DNA of 62,931 nt, filler included, from Asterionella formosa (GCA_002256025.1; 27 parts of 27 records of this genome joined end to end with filler, not necessarily neighbours in it), one strand, 5' to 3'. Counted from the first letter of the whole stretch, positions 12,649-23,657 are shown. The notes: generated by a model not told the origin, from the sequence alone. Made by a program: numbers and translations.

Positions 12649-13237
12649 CATATACCGGTATATAGCTAAAACAAGGAAAGACGACACGACAATGAACGTG
12701 ATGGCTGGTTGTTGAGGATACCGGTATGTGATATGCATCAATCCATCATGTCACAAATCATATTATAGTGATGTACATATCAACGCATCCGTATACTTAA
12801 ATCCTATCCACTGTAAAATACTATCATATTAAGTGTTGACTTTAACTGTATACATTAAACGACAAACATATATATTAATTAACATACTTTATGATTGCTT
12901 GATGTATATTCTATGATGTCTTGGTAACATTTGCGTACAAATTTTATCGTATTTTATTGTCATGGTACTATTTTTACATGATCATATTTTGATCAAAATT
13001 ATATCATATACATTTTATAAAATCATCGTAGTTTTATGATCAATGTATCATAGCTATGTGATGTACTATATTCAATATTACGTATCATACTTTGGTGATG
13101 TAAACATCGATGTAGCCTTATCATGATATCACAGTATCATCTTATCAATCAGGAATTTAGTAGCGAAGTCACTCCGCCTGTAATGTACTAAAGTCGACAA
13201 TGCACATACCGGGTACCGGTACTCAAATGCTAATCAG

Positions 13238-13640
13238 GTTTGAGGCAACGGACAGTGGTTCGAACGAGCGAATGATGATACGGTACCAATTTTTCCAACG
13301 AAAGAACTTGTCTCTCTATTGATGAGGATGACACGGACACCGACTTTTCCAGGAGCAAACAACAATGAAGAAACCCACTTGTCGCTCTATTGATCATGTT
13401 AACAAAGATGCGGACAAGTTCAACAGTGAATACAAAGAACAACATACCATTGAAAACAAGTCGACAGTGTGTGCACGCACACGCCAAACAAGTTTGAGGC
13501 AACGGACAATTCCAACAAGCAAATGACGATACAGATATCAAATTCTTCCTACGAGCAAACAACAATGAAAAGAGCCACTTGCTTTCGCTCTCTTGCTTGA
13601 TGGTATCAAAGATGCGGACAAGTTCAATAGTTAATTCAAG
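13238..13640. repeat. Degenerate tandem duplication, period about 255 bp
   Basis: gtttgaggcaacggaca at 13238 and 13492; gagcaaacaacaatgaa and caaagatgcggacaagttcaa are each repeated. Confidence 0.75.
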
Positions 13641-15270
13641 TACAGTATACCAAATGCAGAAACGAGCGAGCAATATGAAAATGAAATGCGTTCTAATCAG
13701 AATCATTCTATAACTATAGCTATGTGGACAGTAGTCTGTTACGCACATTTTCGTATCTCTTTCTATGCTGAATCTCAATAGTAGATGTAGTATCATGTGA
13801 GAATTGAAAATGTCAACGAGAACAAGTAGAATGTGTTTGTTTACGGGTTGATTGGCGAGATTGTCATGCTGAAGTGGACGAAACGGATATACTTTGTGCG
13901 CAAAATCGGAAGTTGGTAGGGTTTATAATGTCGTTTATTNNNNNNNNNNNNNNNNNNNNNNNNNNNNNNNNNNNNNNNNNNNNTTAATTAATTAANNNNN
14001 NNNNNNNNNNNNNNNNNNNNNNNNNNNNNNNNNNNNNNNACAAAAGGCAAGGAATAAATGAAATAACAATCAACATCATACCAAGATAAGCGCCAGCAAA
14101 ACAACCTTGACAACGACCTCAATTCGTCGTTGAATCTTGAATTTTCTTTCATGAGAAGCTGTAATTAAGAAAGGAGTAAGAGGTGTGAGAAGTAGAAGAT
14201 CAGAAAGAGTCACAATCACATCAAACTGACCATGCAGAAGCAACCTTCATCGTGGCGGTTTCCTTGATTTTGGCATGATTTTATAATTTATGTGGCGCAA
14301 GTATGATCATGATGATTCTAGGGTACTGGTACCTGGTACCATGTACCAGGTACCAGGTACAAACAAGTCTATAATTAATTAATTTAATATGGGCGCGGTC
14401 AATTGTGCTCATTTCCTAATAAAATGTACCAGACTCCTCTAATAAAATGAACACACAAACGAAACTGGCGCAGTCTGCAGTCTTGTACGAGTGTACCATG
14501 AGGACCTCCGATTTTACCACCATTCAACAACCAGGTACCTGGTACCTGGTACCAGGCACATGATACCAGGATTAAAAAGGTACATGAGGAAGAAAGTAAG
14601 GCTGCTGGTACCTGGTACCTGGTACCTTGCCAGGTATAAGGTAGGAGTACCTGTTACCTGGTACCAGGTAATGGAGGGTAGCCCTCGCAATCGCTACAGT
14701 ACAAGGTAAATTATTGTTTAGCTGAGATACTGCGATTCTTTTGACTATACAAAATCCTACAGTGTAGTTGTTGGTGATCATCTGGAGCATCCTGCATCAT
14801 GTCGTCTCAACCTTGACCATGACGAAAATAGCGGAAATCTCTACGAAAATTGAGAACGACGCTCTCCTGTTAGGAACGTATATCAATCACAACAAAGGCA
14901 ATACAACCGTAAGAGAATAGTTGCAATGGCATTGATAGTGACAGCGAAAACTGCAATCGCCGATGGCACAATTTTTCTACATAATCTATAGCTGCTCAAA
15001 TCAAAACGACGCTGTTGCGAACAGATTTGACATTTTTGCAGTTGCTGAGCAATGAACGACTATAACAATAACATGATTAGTTGAAGCAAAAAATTGTTAA
15101 AATAGTTATTCATCAAATAAGAATGATTGATTGTACCAACGGCATTTGTGGATGCGGATATCGGCGCCAACAACTGCTTGTGCTGTTTGTTCTTTGGCAG
15201 TCGATATCAAGGGAAAATGTGATAGAGGAAAAAATAATAATTGAATCGAAATTAGGTACTCTTTACTTAA

Positions 15271-16281
15271 GGTTCCTGCATTTGAACCCCTAGGCAAAAA
15301 TTAAAATATTGCTTAGGGTTGCCGAAATTCCCTGGAACTAAGAATTTTTATGAGTTAATTTTGAATGACGTGATTCCAATTGAAATATTTGAATCACTGG
15401 AAATTTGCGCGTACATACATAGATTCCTTTTCGAATTCAATAAATATATACATAAACGTTCTCCATCGCTCAATGTTTATATACCCTATCATACAATCAA
15501 CATATATGTGTCAGACGAGCTGGCAGCATGGCAACTATTGTTGTTGACTAGCTACCGGTAAGAAACAAAAAAAGCAACAATCAACCATGAGCGAAATTAC
15601 ACATCAAAATGATGACAATGGTAATGACGAATTTAACTACAGTCATGATAGTTGTCCTACCTGCCAAGACCGGTTGATTGTAGAGTCGTATGTGGAGGGA
15701 TGTGAGGATCGCATCTTCTGCGAATGCTGCGATTTTTGCTGCCCTGAATGTCAGTGCCGATGGGATGAAGTCGAAGAGTTGGTGGAGAAGTTTCTGGAAG
15801 GTGAATCCATTCTTACCATGTTGAAGGATGAAGACATTACGGCATCAAGAGCCCGCAATCTTCTGTACAAGTTTCTAATCAGAGTTTTCAGTGGTCCATT
15901 GGGAAAAGGTGTTCGGATGCAACTTCCTGACTGTTGTTTGAAGGGGGTTCGATCTCTTTTGAAGAACAAGGACCCAAACGAAGTGTTCACTGGTTTCAAA
16001 CTAACTTCAAAAAGTTCTAAATCTTCTAAATCTATTAGTGATTAGTGTTTTTACGATTTTCATTTATTTCATTAGTAAATCAAGAACTTCAATCCACCTA
16101 CGTACGATGTTTCAAAACCTTCTAGAAATGAGGTGGCATGAATGATAAAAATATTTTTTATATTTACACAATCTAACGAATCAACCTGCCATAAAAACAG
16201 CAACACCAGCCAACTATTATAAGACAAAATCATGCCACGTTCCAGTGGTAGCCGTCTCATTTCCGAAATAGGTGTTGGTGG
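15271..16281 (+). mobile_element. Left part of a TTAA-flanked TIR DNA transposon (Kolobok-like), cut by contig end
   Basis: TTAA (15267-15270) followed by GGTTCCTGCATTTGAACCCCTAGG. The same end occurs at 19594, 35919 and inverted at 60826. It carries the KolX/ballast-like ORF, and a second ORF starts at 16232. Confidence 0.75.
15587..16045 (+). CDS. Cys-rich protein with a P2X7 cytoplasmic-ballast/KolX-like C-terminal domain
   Basis: N-terminal Cys cluster (CPTC, CECCDFCCPECQC). C-terminal RARNLLYKFLIRVFSGPLGKGVRMQLPDCCLKGVR...FTGFK fits the R..Y...G.LG.G.R..LP.C...R...Y/F.GFK pattern. Intact ORF. Confidence 0.75.
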   Translation: MSEITHQNDDNGNDEFNYSHDSCPTCQDRLIVESYVEGCEDRIFCECCDFCCPECQCRWDEVEELVEKFLEGESILTMLKDEDITASRARNLLYKFLIRVFSGPLGKGVRMQLPDCCLKGVRSLLKNKDPNEVFTGFKLTSKSSKSSKSISD

Positions 16282-16381
16282 NNNNNNNNNNNNNNNNNNN
16301 NNNNNNNNNNNNNNNNNNNNNNNNNTTAATTAATTAANNNNNNNNNNNNNNNNNNNNNNNNNNNNNNNNNNNNNNNNNNNN

Positions 16382-16841
16382 TGTTCTTGATGTTATCGAG
16401 AGCAATGAACCATTCATCTGGGTCAGCTTTAGTACTCTACAAAGTACAATCGTTGAATTCACCTGTTAGCTGAATCAAATCAGTAACTTGATGAGGAGCA
16501 TATCGATCCTCCAAGTACTGCCAGGCAAGAAAAGCATCTCCATCCATCAAATCATCTGTCTTGGCAAAATTCACAATCCCAAATGCAATCCCACTGACAC
16601 TAAGAATCAATAGCTGATATGCCTTGTCATTCAACTCGTACTTCTTCTTCTCGTCATCATCAGTAGACACCAAATAGGCATCATCGTCGATTGGCTTCGT
16701 GTCTTTGGCATAAACATGCCTAAAACCTTTAGATTTCGCAAGCTGAAGAGTCTTGATACTTCACTCATGCCAAGCAGTTTCGCTTCCATCAAACTTGATC
16801 AAGCGAACAGTCTCACCTGATTTCTCATCGGCCGTAACCAT
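16382..16841 (-). pseudogene. Ty1/Copia gag N-terminus with premature stops
   Basis: MVTADEKSGETVRLIKFDGSETAWHE*SIK...NDKAYQLLILSVSGIAFGIV...GDAFLAWQYLEDRYAP...DPDEWF, a Copia gag pattern. Confidence 0.8.
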
Positions 16842-16852
16842 GTCTCTAGACC

Positions 16853-17300
16853 TGTAGGTTTGTTTTAAAACGTGTTAAATTGTCTAGTTGAAATATCACA
16901 GATCTTACTTTTAAGATCTCTAAAGCTGAAAACGTATTTTCACTTTACACTTTATAATATTGTGAGCTTTCTGTTAATAGTCTATCTAGGTCTTGTTCTT
17001 GCCTGATTACTCATGTAATCCCGAACAAGACTTCTCACACTTTCCTTGATCTCGTCAAGAATGATCTTGCTTACTTTGACAATAAGTAAGCATATTCATT
17101 TGACAATAAGTGAGCATCTGATTCACTTGTCAATAAGTAACATCTCCAGTCCAGTCATTTGTCAATAAGTAAACATCTCCAGTCATTTGTCAATAAATGT
17201 CGAAATGTTTTGGGTCTTGGTTTCTAATCACTACTAAGAATATTGATTCTCGATGTGTTGGATTCCATATATTTTATCACGACCGGACACACAGTCGAAC
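16853..17300 (-). mobile_element. Probable 5' LTR of the Copia element, with internal tandem repeats of about 25 bp
   Basis: Ends ...cctaCA just upstream of the gag ATG. Five copies of ttg[at]caataa at 17075-17196. The outer boundary is uncertain. Confidence 0.5.
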
Positions 17301-17548
17301 AGATAAGTCAAATAGTGACACCTCAATCATGGCCATTATCTGCTCGACAATAAAGGCAATCTTAAAAGCAGCACCAGAAGCAGTCATGTATGCACCTTCT
17401 CCACCTGAAACACCACCTCCAATCTCCCAGAAAAAGGGATGAATTGCAGATTTAGATTATACCCAAAAATATCAGGCGTCATGTCCACAAGGGCGTGATG
17501 ACTAAAGATTCCTTTCACGGAAAACTCCACATTGCTTGAATTGTTTCA

Positions 17549-17630
17549 GCAATTCCCGCTCCAGCTATCGTCTTGCCATTCGGGTACTTCTAAGTAATTT
17601 TTAGGCTCTAAGTAATTTCTTAAGTAATAC
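17549..17630 (+). mobile_element. Harbinger-family terminus, same as 50043-50125 inverted
   Basis: gcaattcccgctccagctatcgtcttgccattcgggtacttctaagtaatttttaggctctaagtaattt is the reverse complement of the segment ending near 50123. Confidence 0.8.
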
Positions 17631-18374
17631 GTCGTCAAGCTGCTGGTACACAAATGACCAGTATGCTGACTAGCACGTTGCAGTCATTTGGCTTTTAAAT
17701 AAACGATTTAATGAAGGATAATGGAGCTAAACCTCTAAGTAGTATCCTCAGCATAATTACCGCAACTTGCATTTACCGTTTGTACCTGGTACCGGTATGT
17801 ATTCAAATATACTGTATGAAGGACCCAAATTTACTTTCATGTGCATTGAACGGAATCACCGCTGTCCTATAACTAAGAGTTCTCCTGAAGTAGGTGGACG
17901 ATAGAAACCATCGATGAACAATACTACTCCGATTGAAAGTGACGAAAATACCGGTACCAGGTACTATCGTTCGCAAAACGCTCATTTCTTGTGCCCCTAC
18001 GTACCAGCACTTGTAGTCTATTGATATCATCGCAGCATTGTTCGATGTCGGATCGGCCGAAGTAGGTTTCGCATTCTTGTACTTCGTTTTATCTCGAATC
18101 CAACATTTTGTTAGTTGAACACAACCAGACCGTTGTCTAGTCAGCAAGGCACAACCTAATATATATTACGCACAGGCTCTTACGTCGTTGCAACCGCGAT
18201 TCTTCACCTGTTCTGTTCATGGACCTGTCTGGAATAAATCTGGCCACGTTCAATTGTATAGCGCTCCTTCAGCTCTTAATCAAAATATTTCCCTTCCGTC
18301 AGTAGCCAAAGTTGATTAGAATTCCTATCCAGAAATTTCCAATCCATTTTCTCATTGTGAAAAGATCGATTGCT

Positions 18375-18619
18375 ATGAATGCCAGAAATATGAACGCTAC
18401 CGCCACGTCCATATCATTCTCGCTTCGTGTCTTGCAACAAAGCCACGCTGGAACCGACAGCAGAGATATTCTGACCATCATTTACCTTGTTATTTTGGGA
18501 TTGTGCTTTGTGATACCAATTTTATATTATATACGCCTTCAATGCGATGAGCAGCAATATCGAAATATGCGGGCTTTGGAGATGAATATATTACGCGATG
18601 CGTTTTTAAACAGAGTTAC
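18375..18619 (+). CDS. N-terminus of a single-pass membrane protein, possibly a RING E3 ligase type (3' end cut)
   Basis: Hydrophobic helix ILTIIYLVILGLCFVIPILYYI; frame open to the contig end. No RING domain is visible. Confidence 0.45.
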
Positions 18620-18719
18620 NNNNNNNNNNNNNNNNNNNNNNNNNNNNNNNNNNNNNNNNNNNNTTAATTAATTAANNNNNNNNNNNNNNNNNNNNNNNNN
18701 NNNNNNNNNNNNNNNNNNN

Positions 18720-18936
18720 CCTTTGCATCGTCCTTGTTAACATCGGGGTGTAACTCTCGGGCTTTGCGCTTGTACGCTTCCTTGATTTCAGTCGTCGTCG
18801 CCCCCCAAGTCAAGCCTAGTTGAGCGTATGGATCGTCGCGTTTCATTGTTTCTGTATTGGTGAAGTAGCTGCGAGAATTGTGCGAAAGGCGAAAAACGGG
18901 AATCCGCCCTTTGCGAAATGAAGATAGCATCATCAT
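18720..18936 (-). CDS. DnaJ/Hsp40 J-domain protein, N-terminal part, with a putative mitochondrial presequence
   Basis: DPYAQLGL...EIKEAYKRKARELHPDVN (HPD motif) after an Arg/Ser-rich leader with no acidic residues. Confidence 0.9.
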
Positions 18937-19593
18937 CTCTTGGATCGCAGTTATTCTTATCTGGCGATGAAATGATGATTAAGTCTATGGCTGCTGAAGA
19001 AAGGTAAGAGGTACCTGGTACCTGGAATACCTGGTAAAGGGCAGTCAAAGGGAGGCAAACGATAGTAGCAAAATACTGCAACAAAAGAAGTGAACAAACC
19101 TTGTCGTCGTGGCAGTTCCTGTGCTGGCAGATCGGATGCGACAAAAGGAAGGGCATGCTGAAAGAAAGTACCTGGTACTGACGTCAAGATAACGCAACGC
19201 TTTTCCAGGTTACTACCTTCGTATCTATTACTAGAGGATTGCGGAATATACGAAGATCCCGGAACAAATGGAAAGTTCAGAGTAACAACAAGCACATAGC
19301 CCTGGTACCACGTCACTAGGAAGCGTACGTATGCTCTGTACATGTACGGAATCAGTATCTTACAACATGTGAAAAGAGGTGAATTAACCATTGGAGATCC
19401 TTTCATTTCTCTATATTTATGTAGACTGTATCATAATTTTAATTTTTTCTTGACATTTTACCCTTTATTACATCTACAGCAGCAATTATTGGTACCAGGT
19501 ACAGCCACCAGAAAAAACGCTAGTGAAATATGATCACCCAAAAAAATTATTTGGGTGGCCCAATATTGTGAATTCTGCAACATACATAATGAA

Positions 19594-20640
19594 GGTTCCT
19601 GCATTTCATATTGCTTAGGGTTGCAAAAATTCCCTGGAACTAAGAACTTTTATGAGCTATTTTTAAATGACATGATTCCATTTGAAATATTCAAATCAGT
19701 GGAAATTTGTGCGTATGTAAATAGATTCCTTTGTGAATTCACTAAATATATAGATATAGATTGTACATCTCTCTATATATACTGGTATACACTCTATACA
19801 CTGATTGATAGTTTATGTACTATCATACAACCCGGCGGCTCTGCAAGTATTTGAAGAGCACTCTAGGAGTGGTACACATGTGGCATATGATAATCATCTA
19901 CCAATAGTACCCATAGTGGATATGGTACTGGTGTACTGGCAATCACCCAAGACATTTTTAAATGTGTATCCACTGTAGCAAGTGTGGGTTTGCACAACCT
20001 CACAACAAACTGGGCCAATCAAATATGGGTAAGTAATTGAAGTTGACCAATCAAAATATTTATAATGAAGCAGGCACTTACAATTGAATTTTTTGTACAG
20101 GAGATTTTAGAAATGAATATTTTAGCACAAGACTACCATTCTGATGATGACGTTTTCGGTGATTAGTGATTCTGATTCCAACATTTTGGAGTCTGTTGAA
20201 AAGGCTGATTTTGTCGATTTTTTGGAGGATGATATCTCAACAATGGCTGGGTTTGAAGAAGAGTCAAGTACAAAGGTAATCTTCATATAGCCCCAGAAGA
20301 TAACTTTTGACAGAAAAGTGCAGGAAGTAACTTTGTTTTTTACTAGGCCAAATAAACAAGTTGGCCCAGTAAAATCCACTATTTTCAGCACAGTTTAAAA
20401 ACCGAAGTTCCTTTCTGCAGTTTCTGGCCAGATCCTAAATACTGACATTGCATAGAGTTGACCTATACCCCTACTTTGATCAATGACTGTATCTTAGCAT
20501 ATGGAAAGGGTGTATATTGGTGAAAGCTCCGTTTGGCGGTATACATTTATGTTTTACTCATAAGAAGTGTGTGTTTGAGTACTCTGACTCAATGTTATTT
20601 TTTAACCCTACCTCTAATCTAGGGTTGAAATGCAGGAACC
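19594..20640 (+). mobile_element. Non-autonomous member (about 1.05 kb) of the TTAA/GG..CC TIR family, containing Crypton-derived sequence
   Basis: Left end ggttcctgcatttc; right end ctagggttgaaatgcaggaacc followed by TTAA (20641-20644); left flank TGAA. Internal 19960-20390 aligns with the Crypton leader at 51705-52130. Confidence 0.75.
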
Positions 20641-22028
20641 TTAAAGGGTATGACATCACATAAAAGTATGATGCATCACATAATATATATATATATGATA
20701 GGAGTGAACTAAGTTAGTTTTGACAGCTTCCATTTTTATTTTAGAAACCCACATAATTTTTGAGGCAAACTAACCATATTTATTGTATCCAATCAAATAA
20801 TTTTTTGATCAACGACAGCAATTATTATTCACAGCAATAATCATCTATAATTTTTATGAATGAACAAGGTACACTTAAAATTCTATTGAAATAATGATAT
20901 TGTTGTAATAGCTACCAGAATTATATTTACGTTGTATAACTAGCTACTACTACTATNNNNNNNNNNNNNNNNNNNNNNNNNNNNNNNNNNNNNNNNNNNN
21001 TTAATTAATTAANNNNNNNNNNNNNNNNNNNNNNNNNNNNNNNNNNNNNNNNNNNNCTGCTAACAGGGGTGTTTTGCTCCGCTTTTCCACAGTGCTTTTG
21101 ACCTAGAAATCCATCCACGTCGTGCCAAGAGTGAGACTTTTTATTCTACAGAAGGAAATCAAAGAGTTGTCTATCAATCATTGATTGAAGCTACTATCGT
21201 ATCGGAAAACAACAAAAATCGCCAATCAACAGGTTGAAAGCGTCCACTTTGTCCAACAATCCAACCAGTGCATTCATGGAACTTTCACCCAATAAAGCAT
21301 CCAACGCCATCATGTTATAAGAGCCGCAACAGGTAATGATATCTATGAAATCAAGAAAAGACTGCTTTCACAAAGCGCCCACTTCAAGCAACAACCAACA
21401 AGCTCACACATAAGGAGGACTGCAGTGGCTGCTTACCAGGCTCATCAAAAAACTTGGGGAAACTAACGAAAAAAGTGTTAGCTTTAACAACTAGCCTGGA
21501 AAACTGGAAAATGCTGACTACGGGCATTGTTGCATATGGTATGAATCATGTCACTACTAGGTATCTTGCATGTATGAATTTGGAAAGCTGCCATCCACAA
21601 AGCTTGGGACAACATGCAATAAACTCCCATGCACATGTGTGCATAACAAATGTATCCCTTTGGGGTCAGTATTGGTGTTGATAGGTACCACTCCAGCTAA
21701 TGTCATCTTGTCAAGCCGCAGAAACAACAAGCAATCCTTATGTTATTGGGACTTTGTGATAATGAAAACTGATGATGAGAATGGCAGGTAACTGATGCTC
21801 TATTATAACAAGGAGAACCAATATTAAACTAAGTGCATTAATAGAAAAGCATTGATAATGTTCTAGTATACCGCTGAAATGTAATGAAGTTTCCAAATGT
21901 CCAAGGTGGCCCATTCTAGTGCAGGGGTCTATTGCAGTAATCTTTTATTGAGTGATCAGGTGTTCCTTTGCTCAAAATGCCAACCTTTTAAGGTGCAATC
22001 ATATGTTATATTTTTTCTTTTTTGAAAC

Positions 22029-23279
22029 TTATGCCATTGTTGCTGCACCCTCCAAAAAATAGGGATTGCTAGACCCCAGATCAGATCCATTCCATCGTTG
22101 TACCATGCTCTTTATATTCATAAAACCTCGTGCAATCCAATAGTCACTCGGTTGCTGTTTGGGTACTTCTCCAGGTAAAAGAATAATTTTCTCATGAGCA
22201 ATATCTGGAATCACATGGCATCGTTCTGCCAACATTGCTGTTGCCACATCCATTTGATTCACAGGCCACAGAGTGGCAAGTTCCTGAACAGCACATGATA
22301 GAAACACCTTGCTCACCCAGAAGATACCTCCTTTGCAATATGGTGGAATGTTTTTAAAGGGGTAGTTTGGTATGGATAACTTGGATGATGGCGTTGTCTC
22401 TCTTGTACACCTGCCCCACAGGTGCATATTTTCATCCAAGTAATCAGCTTCCCCAGTATTTCGTTTGAATAAGTTCAATCCATTTTCAAATTTGGTAATG
22501 TTCACAAAGGTGTCATCAAAAATGGTAATGCCAACTCTAAATCCAGATATATGGTGGAGCAGGACGTAATAGGAAAATAGAAGCTTGATGGTAGTGTCGG
22601 ATGCAGCATTCGGAGTATGGATCCAAACAATGTCATTGTATCGATCGTATTCGTCTCGAACGTCGGCAAAGCGACCAGACACTACAAAAATAACATGTTC
22701 TGACTTTAATTGCTTCCATGTTTGTCGGATCCCATCCCGACGTGCCTTGCTGGTACTGATGACAACATATATAATGGCAGGTTGCTTCCAGTCGTTGTCT
22801 GAAATTCTCCAGAGGGCGTTCACATGTAGTTTGTAGAAATAGGAATGACAGCTGATAACGATGGAATCGTCATATTGTTCCTCCGGCAGGGGGTCTTGTA
22901 TTTGAGTTTTAGTGCAATTTACAAAAGATCCAGTAGTGGACGGAATAGGAGCGACTGTCGCCCTCTTCTTGAGACTCGGAGCGACTGTCGCCCTCTTCTT
23001 GAGCATCATCTTTCGGGGGGGAATGGTCGCAATGGATAGATTCGAACGCCGCCTCCATCGTGCTGAATGCAACATGGTCAAAACGACTAGAATGGCAACC
23101 ATTGCAAGACCTTTGCAAAGTGCCCTTTTGGAGACAACGTGAGATGATGCCATCCGGCGTGCTTGGAATTTGACTGCGGCGCACTTGCTGGTCACGAACA
23201 AGACCACTGACTTGGACATGATGGAACTCTTAAACAAGGCAGATTGCCCTCCTTTTGTTTGGAACGTCGTAGCTGTCAT
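22029..23279 (-). CDS. Type II membrane glycosyltransferase, GT31 (beta-1,3-galactosyltransferase)-like
   Basis: TM helix GLAMVAILVVLTML. Motifs RRDGIRQTW, EYDRYNDIV, FDDTFVNI, PPYCKGGIFWVS, MDVATAMLAERC. True start may be a downstream Met. Confidence 0.75.
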   Translation of the reverse strand: MTATTFQTKGGQSALFKSSIMSKSVVLFVTSKCAAVKFQARRMASSHVVSKRALCKGLAMVAILVVLTMLHSARWRRRSNLSIATIPPRKMMLKKRATVAPSLKKRATVAPIPSTTGSFVNCTKTQIQDPLPEEQYDDSIVISCHSYFYKLHVNALWRISDNDWKQPAIIYVVISTSKARRDGIRQTWKQLKSEHVIFVVSGRFADVRDEYDRYNDIVWIHTPNAASDTTIKLLFSYYVLLHHISGFRVGITIFDDTFVNITKFENGLNLFKRNTGEADYLDENMHLWGRCTRETTPSSKLSIPNYPFKNIPPYCKGGIFWVSKVFLSCAVQELATLWPVNQMDVATAMLAERCHVIPDIAHEKIILLPGEVPKQQPSDYWIARGFMNIKSMVQRWNGSDLGSSNPYFLEGAATMA

Positions 23280-23488
23280 GAATCATAAATATANNNNNNN
23301 NNNNNNNNNNNNNNNNNNNNNNNNNNNNNNNNNNNNNTTAATTAATTAANNNNNNNNNNNNNNNNNNNNNNNNNNNNNNNNNNNNNNNNNNNNGGTAGAC
23401 ATACTACATTGGACAAAGATTTTTTCTCCAGATGACGAATGTTGCACAGGCAAGAATGCTCCTTCGGTAATTATATTGTCATGTACCA

Positions 23489-23657
23489 GGGGAATGGCTT
23501 AGTGGTTAGCACACTCAATGTGGTGGCGGGTTAGATTCCTGCATTCTCCACCTGTCTTTTTCATATAGTCCCTAGGGTTCCGGGGGGTGCGGCTCACGAA
23601 AAGACAGGTCCTGTTGTACCTTACGGACGAATAAAATCGGTACTAATTGTGACATTT
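23489..23657 (+). mobile_element. tRNA-derived SINE, copy A (shorter 3' end)
   Basis: A-box TGGCTTAGTGG, B-box-like GGTTAGATTCC, acceptor stem GGGGAAT/ATTCTCC-A. 18-bp TSD ttatattgtcatgtacca (23471-23488) / ttatattttcatgtacca (23658-23675). Confidence 0.85.

Noticed and set aside
17075..17196. CRISPR-like short repeats
   Set aside because: Degenerate tandem units without unique spacers, inside a probable Copia LTR; no cas genes; eukaryotic context.
21057..21800. Possible non-LTR retrotransposon 3' relic that could be the SINE partner
   Set aside because: Only vague similarity, no RT or endonuclease motif, and no shared tail with the SINE.
23489..23550. Functional tRNA-Ala gene or tmRNA
   Set aside because: The anticodon arm is truncated and differs between copies. 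The acceptor stem closes within about 62 nt, leaving no internal mRNA-like domain. The shared downstream body and TSDs indicate a SINE.
23595..23640. Hammerhead ribozyme (GTCC...GGACGAA resembles stem II plus GAAA)
   Set aside because: No CUGANGA core in any copy, and GAAA is not conserved.
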